A stretch of DNA of 40,441 nt from assembly GCA_964646895.1 (NCBI GenBank), contig CAZYIP010000003.1, positions 1-40,441 of the forward strand, read 5' to 3'. The notes under the pieces are model-generated. The model saw only the letters and a program-made list of their open reading frames with translations. It did not search any database and was not told the DNA's origin. Of this stretch, positions 10,620 to 20,335 are shown in pieces. Position 1 is the stretch's first letter; the number at the start of each line of letters is the position of its first letter. Position numbers and translations under genes: made by a program. Source of the stretch: an uncultured Salinisphaerales bacterium. Its GTDB lineage: Bacteria; Pseudomonadota; Gammaproteobacteria; Nevskiales; CAZYIP01.

Positions 10620-12185
10620 ATGGCCAGGCGCAAGCGACGCAAGCTCGACATCGATGACGTCACCATCACGGAAGAACAAACGCTGAAACGTGCGACCGCC
10701 GCCGCGGCGGTCGGCAACGCGATGGAGTGGTACGACTTCGGCGTATACGCCTACATCGCGACGGTGCTGGCCAAGGTATTTTTCCCGAACACGGGAAATT
10801 GGGGACTGGTCGCCGCTTACGGGGCGTTTACCGTTTCCTTCGTCATCCGCCCCATTGGCGGCGCGTTTTTCGGCCGGCTCGGAGACAAGATCGGGCGCCA
10901 GAAGGTGCTGGCGACGACCATGCTGGTGATGGCGCTCGGCACCCTCGGCATCGGATTCATCCCGCCCTACAGCAGCATCGGTTTTCTCGCGCCAGGGCTA
11001 CTGCTGCTGGCCCGACTGGTGCAAGGTTTTTCGACCGGCGGCGAATACGGTGGTGCGATCACCTACGTTTCGGAATACGCGCCCGACAAACGCCGTGGCT
11101 TCATGTCCGCATTCCTCGACAGCGGCACACTGGCCGGCTACTCCGCCGGCGCCCTGCTGGTCACCGGCCTGACCACATTCCTGGACACCAGTGCGCTGCA
11201 CTCCTGGGGCTGGCGTATCCCGTTCTTTGTCGCCGGCCCTCTGGGCGCCATCGGCCTGTATGTGCGACTGAAGCTGGAAGACACCCCGGCCTTCCAGAAA
11301 CAGCAGCAGGAAGCGGCCGGGCGTGAAGAGCGGCAACAACGAGTATCGATCCGTGAAATCATCCGCAACTGCCGGCGCGGGCTGCTGATCAGCATCGCCC
11401 TCACGCTGACGTTCAACGTGCTGGATTACATGTTGCTGACCTACATGCCCTCGTACATGACGGACGTGCTGGGCGCCGAGCCCACCAGCGGCACGTTGCT
11501 GATCGTCATCGTCATGCTGATCCTGCTTGCCACCACCCCTTTTGTCGGTCGCCTCTCCGACAAGATCGGGCGCCGGCCCGTGATCCTGGCGGGCTGTATC
11601 GGGCTGATAGCCCTGTCGTGGCCGGCCCTGACCCTGGTACAGGCGGACAACATCATCATCCGCTTCATCGGCCTCATGATCATGGGTCTCATGCTGCTCT
11701 GCTTCAGTTCGACGATGCCGGCGACACTGCCGGCATTGTTCCCCACCGCCGTCCGCTACAGCGCCATCGCGATTTCATTCAACGTCTCGGTGTCGGTGTT
11801 TGGCGGCACGACACCGCTGGTCGCATCGGCACTGCATCAGTGGGGCGAACACAGTCAGTGGGCGTTCACCAACGACATCCCCGCGTTTTACCTGATGCTC
11901 GCGGGCATCATCGGCGTCATCACCATGCTGAATTATCACGAAACGGCCGGACAGCCGCTGGCGGGCTCCACGCCCTCGGTCACCTCCGAGCCGGAAGCCG
12001 CCGCTGTCGTCAGGCAGTACGAGGATCCCGGCTCGGAGTTGTCCCGATCCCGCTGGGGCCGGAAATACGCCGCATCACGGCCGGCGGCGGACGACTCCAC
12101 AAATGAGGCAAGCAACACCAGCGGGCAATCGGAACACAAGGGGAAAAAAGGAAAATCGCACGACCACTCCACCCGGACCCGCTGA
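10620..12185 (+). CDS. proP: MHS-family MFS transporter, ProP-like proline/glycine betaine:H+ symporter
   Basis: GNAMEWYDFGVY, RLVQGFSTGGEYGGA, WGWRIPF, LEDTPAF, FGGTTP; AAGGAGG upstream. Confidence 0.8.
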   Translation: MARRKRRKLDIDDVTITEEQTLKRATAAAAVGNAMEWYDFGVYAYIATVLAKVFFPNTGNWGLVAAYGAFTVSFVIRPIGGAFFGRLGDKIGRQKVLATTMLVMALGTLGIGFIPPYSSIGFLAPGLLLLARLVQGFSTGGEYGGAITYVSEYAPDKRRGFMSAFLDSGTLAGYSAGALLVTGLTTFLDTSALHSWGWRIPFFVAGPLGAIGLYVRLKLEDTPAFQKQQQEAAGREERQQRVSIREIIRNCRRGLLISIALTLTFNVLDYMLLTYMPSYMTDVLGAEPTSGTLLIVIVMLILLATTPFVGRLSDKIGRRPVILAGCIGLIALSWPALTLVQADNIIIRFIGLMIMGLMLLCFSSTMPATLPALFPTAVRYSAIAISFNVSVSVFGGTTPLVASALHQWGEHSQWAFTNDIPAFYLMLAGIIGVITMLNYHETAGQPLAGSTPSVTSEPEAAAVVRQYEDPGSELSRSRWGRKYAASRPAADDSTNEASNTSGQSEHKGKKGKSHDHSTRTR

Positions 12186-12338
12186 CACCTCGGCAGGCCG
12201 CACCGGGTGATCCGCCCCACGGGTCGCTTGAACCCCGGTCGCAAGCCGATGGCGGCTCCGCTCCAGGATAACGGCACAAACCGTTTACGCAGCGCGCTGG
12301 CGAGGTAATATTAGCGATAAATTGACGAGGGCACGACG

Positions 12339-13100
12339 ATGGATTCGACCAACAGGCAGCGCGACAGCGCGCTGCAGCAAGCCATGCTGGCCGACGACAG
12401 TGACGAAGCGAACCTCTGCTCGACCTGCGCTTTTTCCGGCGCCTGCGTCGCCGCGGGATACACCCGCCCGGATCTGGCCAGGCTGCACTGCCTCATTGAA
12501 CATACCGACTCGTATCAGCCCGGCGAGTACGTCTTTCGCACGCTCGATCCTTTCCGCGCCATTTACGCGGTGCGCGCCGGTTCGGTAAAGACGGTCGTGG
12601 TGGACCTGGAAGGTCGCGAACAGGTTCTCGGGTTTTACCTGCCCGGCGAGGTGATCGGGCTGAACGCCATCTATCCGGAGCATTACCCCTGTGACGCGAT
12701 CAGCCTGGAAACGACACTGCTGTGCCGATTTTCCTTTCCAGCCATGAGTGCCCTGGCGGCGCAGGTGCCGAACATCCAGAAGCACCTGTTCCAGCTACTG
12801 AGCAAGGAGCTGGGCATGGCGTCCACCCTGGCGAGCGCCCACAGTGCCGACGAGCGCATGGCGGCATTCATGATCAATCTCGGCAGCCGCTATGCCGCCG
12901 CAGGCCTGCCGGCGAGCCGCTTGCATCTGAGCATGTCGCGCGGCGACATCGCCAATTACCTGGGCGTGGCAGCGGAAACCGTCAGCCGCGTATTGGCGCG
13001 GTTTCGCGAGCAGGGGCTGATTCACGTCGACGGGCGTTACGTGGAGATACGGGACAATCGCGGCCTGCACGAACTGGCGCGTTGCGTGCTTGGGACCTGA
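12339..13100 (+). CDS. FNR-type Crp/Fnr transcriptional regulator
   Basis: N-terminal CSTCAFSGAC cluster plus central Cys (YPCD); HTH MSRGDIANYLGVAAETVSR. Confidence 0.9.
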   Translation: MDSTNRQRDSALQQAMLADDSDEANLCSTCAFSGACVAAGYTRPDLARLHCLIEHTDSYQPGEYVFRTLDPFRAIYAVRAGSVKTVVVDLEGREQVLGFYLPGEVIGLNAIYPEHYPCDAISLETTLLCRFSFPAMSALAAQVPNIQKHLFQLLSKELGMASTLASAHSADERMAAFMINLGSRYAAAGLPASRLHLSMSRGDIANYLGVAAETVSRVLARFREQGLIHVDGRYVEIRDNRGLHELARCVLGT

Positions 13101-13105
13101 TCTTT

Positions 13106-13143
13106 GCAAAAGCGGGCATCCCGCGCCGGATACCCGCCTTTGC
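13106..13143. terminator. bidirectional rho-independent terminator
   Basis: GCAAAAGCGGGCATCC-N6-GGATACCCGCCTTTGC hairpin between convergent genes. Confidence 0.75.
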
Positions 13144-13151
13144 TGGTACCC

Positions 13152-14534
13152 TTACTTCAGTTCGCCAGCTTCTATCTCCCTGATTACCCCAGCGAGGATG
13201 TCGATCGCCTTCATCAGGTAATCCTCGGTGATCACCAGCGGCGGCAGCAGGCGCGCCACGTTATTGTGGTGACCGCCCACCTCGATCATCACGCCGCGCT
13301 GGTGGCCGTACTTGCGCACCATCTTCGCGAAGTCGGACGCGGGCTCCTTGCTCTCTTTATCCTTGACCAGCTCGATGGCCATCATCAGGCCGATTCCGCG
13401 CACCTCGCCGACGATGGCGGACTCCGCCTCCAGCTTTTTCAGCGGTTCCATCGCCTTCTCGCCGAGCTGGAGAGCACGCTCGGGAATCTGGTTCTCCGTC
13501 ATCCAGCGGAGTGCCGCGGCGCCCGCGGCAAACGCGATCATGTTGCCGCGGAACGTGCCGATGGTCTTGCCCGCCGGCCAGGTATTGAGCCGCTCCCGGT
13601 AGGCAATCGCCGAAATCGGGAAGCCGATACCGCCGAGCGCCTTGCTCGTGGTGATGATGTCGGGCACGATGTCGAAGTGCTCGAAAGCGTACATCTTGCC
13701 GGTACGCCCGATTCCCGCCTGAATTTCATCGCAGATCATCAGCACATCGTGCTTGTCGCAGATCTCGCGCACCCGCTGCATGAAGCGCTTGGTGGGGATG
13801 ATGGTTCCGCCCTCGCCCTGCACCGATTCCAGAATCACCGCGGCCGGTTTGGAGAACCCCGAATGCGAGTCCGACAGGACCCGTTCCAGATTCTCCGCCG
13901 CCTGCAGGTCGACTTCGTCATCGGGGCAGCCAAACGGATTGCGGTACCGATACGGATACGGAATGAACTGCACCCCGGGAACCAGCGGCCCGACACCATC
14001 GCGATGACTGCTGTCGCTGGTCAGCGCCAGCGCCGTGCCGGTCATGCCGTGGAAGGCGCCCTCGAACGCGATGATGCCCCAGCGACCGGTGTTGTAGCGT
14101 GCCAGCTTGATCGCCTGCTCCACCGCATCCGATCCGGTCGGGCCGCCAAAGAAAATGCGGGTGAGCTCCTTCGGCAGCACCTCGCGCAGCGCCTTTACCA
14201 TCCGCTCGCGCGTCGGCGTCGGAATGTCCAGGGAATGAGTCACATTGTCGATCTGCTCGTGAGCCGCCTTGAGCACTTCCGGGTGACCGTGCCCGACCGC
14301 CATGACCCCGGCACCGCCAAACAGATCGATATAAATGTTGCCGTCCACATCCTCCAGGGTGGCGCCGCGACCGCGCTTGAGGGCCATCGGCATACCCTTC
14401 GGGTAGCTGATCACCGAACTCTCGTGCGCCTCCTGATAATCGAGGATCTTCCTCGACTTGGGGCCGGGAGGAACGACCTCGATACGGGGCGCATCCTGAA
14501 ACGAAAGTTCGGCCAGTGCGTCTTCTGAAATCAT
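13152..14534 (-). CDS. class III PLP aminotransferase, diaminobutyrate--2-oxoglutarate transaminase (Dat/EctB)-like
   Basis: ESSVISYP, GPTGSDAVE, FHGMT, ESVQGEGG, DEIQAGIGRTG, PLP Lys in TSKALGG, GTFRGN; AGGAGG RBS. Confidence 0.85.
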   Translation of the reverse strand: MISEDALAELSFQDAPRIEVVPPGPKSRKILDYQEAHESSVISYPKGMPMALKRGRGATLEDVDGNIYIDLFGGAGVMAVGHGHPEVLKAAHEQIDNVTHSLDIPTPTRERMVKALREVLPKELTRIFFGGPTGSDAVEQAIKLARYNTGRWGIIAFEGAFHGMTGTALALTSDSSHRDGVGPLVPGVQFIPYPYRYRNPFGCPDDEVDLQAAENLERVLSDSHSGFSKPAAVILESVQGEGGTIIPTKRFMQRVREICDKHDVLMICDEIQAGIGRTGKMYAFEHFDIVPDIITTSKALGGIGFPISAIAYRERLNTWPAGKTIGTFRGNMIAFAAGAAALRWMTENQIPERALQLGEKAMEPLKKLEAESAIVGEVRGIGLMMAIELVKDKESKEPASDFAKMVRKYGHQRGVMIEVGGHHNNVARLLPPLVITEDYLMKAIDILAGVIREIEAGELK

Positions 14535-14887
14535 GCTCGTCCTCCTGAAATTGGCTTGGCTCCGATGCCGATCTGCACGGACGTACAAGCCGGTATGATG
14601 TACGTAATTGAATGACAGCGGCCGAAAATTCCGGTTCGTGCAGATACCCCGAACCCATCGATCCGCCTATTGAATACGACGATATTCAAAGGGCAAATGG
14701 TAACACGGCGAAGGGGGCCGCTTCCTGGCACGCGGAAGTCGCTACGAACAGGCACCCGGCTTTTGAACAACGACCGCGAATATCCGGGTCCTCATTCGGC
14801 CGCTCTCGCACCTCGAGGCCGGATGCGTTTTCTTCCTTGCCGAGATTGACGAACCAATGGAAGCGCAGGCCACTCGGAAGTATTTCT

Positions 14888-16090
14888 TCAGGGCTTCGTC
14901 ACCTGGCCACCGGATTCGGCCACCTGCTCGCGTGAACGCCCCGGCCCCGGACCCGCCGGCGGCGCCGGCAGCAGAAGCACGACGCTGACCAGCAGCAAGG
15001 CTGCCGCCAGCAGGCTGGGCCACAGCAAACGGCCACCGTTGAAGCTTACCAGCAGCGGGCCGATGATCTGGCCGCCGGCGAAACTGGAGGTCATGGCCGC
15101 CATCAGTCGCGCGCCGCCCCTCACGCGCGCCTCCTGCATGCCGCCCATGGTCATCACCATGAACGTGCCGCCCACACAGAGCGCGGACAGCAGCAGGCTC
15201 ACCATGCCGCGCGACAGGACCGGCAGGACGACACCCAGGGTCATGACCAGCGCCGCCAGCGCCCACATGCGGCGCGGCGACAACGACGGTGCGTAGCGCG
15301 AGACCAGCAGGGTGGAGGCGGCGGAAGCGACTCCGAACGCCGGCCAGACCCACCCGAACAGTGCCGGATCGGCCAGCTGTTCCCGCGCCATGGCCGGCAG
15401 GAAGGTGGCTGGCAGAATATAACCCACGCCAAAGGTTCCATAGCAGAAAATCAGTCGCCAATGGTCTGCATCGAAACGGCCCCCAGTGACTGATGTCTGC
15501 TGATCCCGGGCCGGCACGCCCGTGCCCAGGGAACCGCGACACGTCATCCATACCAGCAGCGCCAGCACACCCGAGATCGCCCAGAACAGGGCCGGCGGCA
15601 GCGACCAGATGCCCGCGCCCATGCCGACCAGCCCGGCGACCGCCACCCCGACACCGACACCGGCATAGATCGTGCCCGCCAGCTGCAGCCGCGAAAGCGC
15701 CGCCAGTTGTTGCAGACACCAGGCCGACAGCCCCACCAGCACAAAGGCGCTGGCAACACCGGCGATGAAGCGCCACAAAAGCCACAGCGAGAAATTGTCG
15801 CCCACGGCCATGGCGAGCGTCACCAGCGCCACCAGCAACAGGCCCACCCTTGCCCACAAGGCCGGCCGTTGCGGTAACCAGATGCACAGCAGCGCGCCCA
15901 CCAGATACCCGCCGTAGTTGACGCTGGCGAGCCAACTGCCGCGCACCAGACTGAGGCCATCGGCAGCCTGCATCAGCGGCAGGGCGGGCGTAAACGCAAA
16001 CCGGCCTATGCCCATGGCCGACGCCAGTCCGGCCAATCCTATCCAGGCCACCAGCAGCGGCCGCCGTCGTGCGGACAAGCGAATAACCAC
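14888..16090 (-). CDS. YbfB/YjiJ-family MFS transporter
   Basis: MGIGRFAFTPALPLM, LASVNYGGYLVGAL, GYILPATFLP motifs; start uncertain (GTG 16090 or TTG 16078). Confidence 0.8.
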   Translation of the reverse strand: MVIRLSARRRPLLVAWIGLAGLASAMGIGRFAFTPALPLMQAADGLSLVRGSWLASVNYGGYLVGALLCIWLPQRPALWARVGLLLVALVTLAMAVGDNFSLWLLWRFIAGVASAFVLVGLSAWCLQQLAALSRLQLAGTIYAGVGVGVAVAGLVGMGAGIWSLPPALFWAISGVLALLVWMTCRGSLGTGVPARDQQTSVTGGRFDADHWRLIFCYGTFGVGYILPATFLPAMAREQLADPALFGWVWPAFGVASAASTLLVSRYAPSLSPRRMWALAALVMTLGVVLPVLSRGMVSLLLSALCVGGTFMVMTMGGMQEARVRGGARLMAAMTSSFAGGQIIGPLLVSFNGGRLLWPSLLAAALLLVSVVLLLPAPPAGPGPGRSREQVAESGGQVTKP

Positions 16091-16203
16091 CCCGTTTGGG
16101 TAAAGGCGGCAGTATAGACCCCGGGCGGGTGGCGCGCATCCGACAGCAAAGCTGCTTTCGGTTACGATTGTCGACGCATGTTGCACAAATCAGGCCTGCG
16201 ATA

Positions 16204-16608
16204 TTGTCCGATACGCCCTTGCCGCCGGAACTGATCCGCGCCTACCGCGAAGCGCTTTACATCGTCGACCTCGAGGGCGGCGACCGCGTCACATTTGTCG
16301 TCGATGAGCCACCCCGGGGCGTCGCGCCGGAAACGACCCTGACCGTGATCACGGCCTGGAACCCGGGGCTGAGCCGGCCCGGAAATGCGACCAACGAGGA
16401 GGCGAACGCGCGACTGGAAGCGGTTCTGCAAGAAAAAGGGTACGAGTACCTTCCTGCGGTCGGACAAAGCCGGGATGGCCGGCACGCCGAACCCTCGTTT
16501 GCCGTCGTGGGGTTGTCGGTACCGCAGGCGAAGGCGCTTGGTCGCCAGTTTGCCCAGGCGGCTGTCCTGTACTGGAACGGATCGCACGCGGGCCTGCTGT
16601 GGTGCTGA
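16204..16608 (+). CDS. DUF3293-like small protein
   Basis: AY...ITAWNPG...N...AN...L, EPSF, LGRQFAQAAV pattern; TTG start inferred. Confidence 0.75.
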   Translation: MSDTPLPPELIRAYREALYIVDLEGGDRVTFVVDEPPRGVAPETTLTVITAWNPGLSRPGNATNEEANARLEAVLQEKGYEYLPAVGQSRDGRHAEPSFAVVGLSVPQAKALGRQFAQAAVLYWNGSHAGLLWC

Positions 16609-16620
16609 ATGCAGGAGGCT

Positions 16621-17853
16621 TCAATCCACCTTGGCGCTCACCCTCTTGCCCTCGTGCCGTCGCACCCACAGGGCCGCCAGCACCGAGCAGGCGATCAACA
16701 CCGCAACGCCGATATACGTCGGCAGCCAGCCGAAGCGCGCACCGGCGGACAGCCCCACGATGGGACCGATACTGCCGCCAACGTCACCGAATACCTGATA
16801 GAGGCCGACGGCACGGCCATACTGCTCCGGCGGCGTCACATCCCCCAGCAATGCCAGCATCGGCAGAATGATGCCGTTATACGAGCCGCCCACCAGCAAC
16901 ACGCCGACGAACATCATGCGCAGATCCGAAGCAAAGGCAAGCACCACGAATCCGCTCGCAAGAACGACCAGGCACGGCAACACCACGCTGGAACGCAACC
17001 GGAAACGGTCGATGCCCCGCCCGAGCACGAACGCCATGAGCGACGACGAGGCCATCAGCGCAGCCATCACCAGGCCCGCAGTTCCCTGAGCCCGCAGCCC
17101 GAGCAGCGACACCGAACGGTCGTGAACCAGCACCACCAGCGTCGCCAGCAGCACGCCGGACACGCACAGATACGTCAAGGTGTTGAAACCCCAGGCGGCC
17201 GACACCAGCGGAAAATCCGGGAGCGCGATCAATGCCCGCAGCCGCTTCACTGGCCCGCCTCCCGGCTCGGCAGCGTGCCGCGTGCCCGGCTGTCCCGCCG
17301 GTACTTTCCAGCGGGCGATCAGCGCGCCGATCAGAGTCAGCATCGCGCCGACCCAGAACGCTGCATCGTCGGAGGCCACATCGGCGATAACGCCGCCCAT
17401 CACCAGCCCGCCGGGCATCCCCATGCTGAGGGCGATGCGCACGGTGGCCGCGCGGCGGCCACGATTCGCACGGCTGGACAGCCCCAGTACCGTCGCCTGC
17501 GCGCCAACGATGAGCAGTGCGGAACCGATCCCGAAAACCACGCGCCCGCCGAGCAACCACCATGCGGCATTCCCGAAGTGCAGCGCGGCGCTGTAGCCCA
17601 TGATCCCCAGCGCCTCCAGCCCCAGACCCCAGGACAGCGGCCGCTTGCCGCCAAGGCGGTCGACCACGCGACCGGCCGGCGCATCGAAGATCAGTCGGCT
17701 GATCCGGTTGGCCGACAGGATCAGGCCGATGAAAAACGCGGAAATGCCCAGCTGCAGACCCAACGCCGGCAGAATGGGAAAGACCAGCCCGCCACCCAGC
17801 CCGCCGATAAAGGTGACGGTTGCAACCCACCAGGTCGCCGCGCGCGGGTTCAC
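16621..17853 (-). CDS. MFS transporter
   Basis: About 12 TM segments, MFS motif A (GRVVDRLGGKR); start uncertain (ORF extends to 17994). Confidence 0.8.
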   Translation of the reverse strand: MNPRAATWWVATVTFIGGLGGGLVFPILPALGLQLGISAFFIGLILSANRISRLIFDAPAGRVVDRLGGKRPLSWGLGLEALGIMGYSAALHFGNAAWWLLGGRVVFGIGSALLIVGAQATVLGLSSRANRGRRAATVRIALSMGMPGGLVMGGVIADVASDDAAFWVGAMLTLIGALIARWKVPAGQPGTRHAAEPGGGPVKRLRALIALPDFPLVSAAWGFNTLTYLCVSGVLLATLVVLVHDRSVSLLGLRAQGTAGLVMAALMASSSLMAFVLGRGIDRFRLRSSVVLPCLVVLASGFVVLAFASDLRMMFVGVLLVGGSYNGIILPMLALLGDVTPPEQYGRAVGLYQVFGDVGGSIGPIVGLSAGARFGWLPTYIGVAVLIACSVLAALWVRRHEGKRVSAKVD

Positions 17854-18064
17854 GCCGGCGACGGAGTGCCGCAGGAGGGCTCGGGCAATTGCGCCTGTTC
17901 GCTGGCGGCGGAACGCCTTGTCGCGGGCATCTTCAATGCGATCGGTCGAGGTTGCGGGTGCCGGAACAAATGATGTTAGCCAAGATCGGTGCATCCGGCA
18001 CGTGGCCGCCGGTCGCCCGCTCGGGTTAAAATGGAGGCATGTTCCTCGCGCTCAGGGGCATCCC

Positions 18065-18292
18065 ATGCCAGTTCACGAATCCCGGAATGACAATCGACCG
18101 CTCGGCCTGTGGTCGACGATCTTCAGTGTCCTCGCGGCCATGTTCGGCGTGCAAAGCAACCGCAACGGTGACCGCGATGCCGTACACGGCAATCCCGCGC
18201 TGTTTATCGGTCTCGGATTTGCGTTCACCCTGCTGCTGGTAATCGGCATCTACGTGGTGGTGCGCATCATCGTCGCCCAGGCCGGCGTCTAG
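18065..18292 (+). CDS. DUF2970-like small membrane protein
   Basis: 75 aa with SVLAAMFGVQS..N..RD...G.P..FI motif and a C-terminal TM helix. Confidence 0.75.
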   Translation: MPVHESRNDNRPLGLWSTIFSVLAAMFGVQSNRNGDRDAVHGNPALFIGLGFAFTLLLVIGIYVVVRIIVAQAGV

Positions 18293-18303
18293 GCAACACC
18301 GAA

Positions 18304-19221
18304 ATGGCTGCGACTCAGGCCAGACGATCACACCCGCTGCGGCTGCTGCAGCCGCAGCGGCTGCGCGCGCTGAGCCCGCGTATCGATCGTGAAGGCCTGC
18401 GGCAATGTGCCGGGCATATCGGCCTTCTCGCTGTCACTACGGCACTCGTGTACGCCGCGAGCGGCTGGTGGCTGATTCCCGCCATGCTGGCGCACGGCAT
18501 CGCGCTCGTGGCGCTGTTCGCGCCGCTGCACGAGGCAAGTCACCAGACCGTTTTTCGCACGCACCGGGCGAATCGCGCACTCGCCTTTCTCGCCGGCCTG
18601 GTGTTGATGCTGCCGCCGACCTGGTTTTTCCGCTTCCACCTGGCGCACCACCGGTACACACAGGATGTGGAGCGCGATCCCGAGCTGGCGGAGCCCAAGC
18701 CGCGGACGCTCGCGCGCTACGCCTGGATCATAACCGGCATACCGTACTGGCGCAGCGCGCTCGCGAATCTTGCCCGGCTGTCGCTGGGGCGCGTGCAGGG
18801 CATGGACTACGTCAGCGCGCGGCAGACTCCGGCGATCGTGCGCGAGGCGCGGGTATTCGTGGGCGTCTATGCGGCAACCGCGGCGGTGGCGATTGCATTA
18901 TCGAGCATGGCACCGCTGACCTACTGGCTGTTGCCGGTTCTGATGGGACAGCCCTTCCTGCGCCTGTATCTGCTCGCCGAGCACACGGGCTGCGCCGAGA
19001 CCGATGACGGCCTCACCAACACCCGCACCACGCTGGCCAGCGCACCGGTACGCTGGCTCATGTGGAACATGCCCTATCACGCGGAACATCACCTCTACCC
19101 CTCGGTGCCGTTTCATGCACTGCCCGCGCTGCACCGGGACATCAGGGAGCACCTTCGGGTAGTGGCGCCGGGCTATCCGGCGGCCCATCGCGACATTCGC
19201 CGGAGCTTCCGGCGGCACTGA
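18304..19221 (+). CDS. membrane fatty acid desaturase-superfamily diiron enzyme (MocD/rhizopine oxygenase-like)
   Basis: Three His boxes HEASH, HLAHH, HAEHH plus LLAEHTGC and NTRTT..WNMPYH. Confidence 0.85.
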   Translation: MAATQARRSHPLRLLQPQRLRALSPRIDREGLRQCAGHIGLLAVTTALVYAASGWWLIPAMLAHGIALVALFAPLHEASHQTVFRTHRANRALAFLAGLVLMLPPTWFFRFHLAHHRYTQDVERDPELAEPKPRTLARYAWIITGIPYWRSALANLARLSLGRVQGMDYVSARQTPAIVREARVFVGVYAATAAVAIALSSMAPLTYWLLPVLMGQPFLRLYLLAEHTGCAETDDGLTNTRTTLASAPVRWLMWNMPYHAEHHLYPSVPFHALPALHRDIREHLRVVAPGYPAAHRDIRRSFRRH

Positions 19222-19231
19222 CCGAACCGGC

Positions 19232-20113
19232 TCACGGTGTCGCCAGGCCGTGCTCCTCCACCCATTCCCGGGCGATCTCATCCGGCCCGCGCTTTTCCAC
19301 TTCGACCTGATGGTTCATTTTCTGCAACCCTTCGGTGGTGAGCTGCGCCGAAACCGCGTTGAGCGCATCGCGAATGGTTGGTGTCAGCACTGCCTCGCGC
19401 ACCACCGGGACAAGATTCTGGGCCGAAATCATGCCCTTGTCGTCACGCAGGACGACCCACCCGCGGGCACCGATAACGCCCTGCGTGGTAAACATGAGCG
19501 CCACGTCGATGTCGCCGTTGGCCAGCGCGCCGACAGTCAGTGGCCCGCCGGCATCGAGCGATCGGAAGGTCTTGAACTCCAGGCCATAGACCTGCTTGAA
19601 TCCCGGCAAGCCGATAAACCGGGTCTTGAGTTCGGGCGGCCCGCCAAGCGTCATTTTCGAAGCGACCCTGGCCAGATCCGACATCGTCTGCAAATGGTAC
19701 TGGCTGGCGGTCTCCGCGGTGACGACAAGCGCATCCTTGTCCTGAGCCGACGCGGGCTTCAGCATCACGATGCCCTGCGGCAGCTTTTCCTTCAGCTCCG
19801 CGAGCACCGCGGACTCTTGCCGGGCCTGGCTCTCGCCACGCGTCAGATAGCCCAGCAGGGCGCCGGTGTATTCCGGCAGGATATCGAGCTCGCCCGCCTT
19901 TAGCGCCGGAAACACGAGTTCCCGGGAGCCCAGATTCAGGCGCATTTTCGTATCGACGCCATGCGCCTTCAGCACGTCATTGTAGATGTTCGCGAGAATG
20001 AGTTGCTCCGGGAAATTGGTCGAGCCGATGACGACCGGCTGCGCCGCGAGGGAGCCCGCCGATACGAGCAGCCCGAAACCCAGCACAAGCATCCGCAGAC
20101 AGGTTCTGATCAC
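19232..20113 (-). CDS. OsmF/OpuAC-type osmoprotectant ABC substrate-binding protein
   Basis: Signal peptide; IGSTNFPEQLILA, PEYTG, VVLRDDK motifs. Confidence 0.88.
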   Translation of the reverse strand: MIRTCLRMLVLGFGLLVSAGSLAAQPVVIGSTNFPEQLILANIYNDVLKAHGVDTKMRLNLGSRELVFPALKAGELDILPEYTGALLGYLTRGESQARQESAVLAELKEKLPQGIVMLKPASAQDKDALVVTAETASQYHLQTMSDLARVASKMTLGGPPELKTRFIGLPGFKQVYGLEFKTFRSLDAGGPLTVGALANGDIDVALMFTTQGVIGARGWVVLRDDKGMISAQNLVPVVREAVLTPTIRDALNAVSAQLTTEGLQKMNHQVEVEKRGPDEIAREWVEEHGLATP

Positions 20114-20335
20114 GCTTTCTCCTCCAGCTCATGTTCGATTGCCAATGCAATTAGAGCAGATTGGCCGACCCGGCGCACTGCAGTCCGTCCGCGCGCAGGG
20201 TGCCGTAGCCTGGCTGGCAGTCACAGGCTCTGCGATACTGCGCGGGCTCCGGGCTGAACGGAACCGGTGATCCTACAATATAGTCTCCCCGACCTTGACG
20301 AAGGGCCGGTACAAGAACCGATTGGGAGAACTCCT

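Noticed and set aside
12186-12338. FNR box upstream of the FNR-type gene
   Set aside because: Only a TTGAC half-site; no TTGAT-N4-ATCAA
13104-14528. 474-aa plus-strand ORF
   Set aside because: Antisense shadow of the aminotransferase
13152-14534. Class III aminotransferase as PbfA or as a phnW substitute for the phn operon
   Set aside because: Motifs are Dat/EctB-like, and three unrelated-strand genes and a terminator separate it from the operon; no sequence support for a phosphonate role
14726-14742. TGGCAC sigma-54-like promoter
   Set aside because: GG-to-GC spacing is 12 rather than 10, and it faces away from the nearby gene start
16609-17973. 454-aa plus-strand ORF rich in Gln/His
   Set aside because: Antisense of the MFS gene; Gln/His richness mirrors Leu/Val codons on the coding strand
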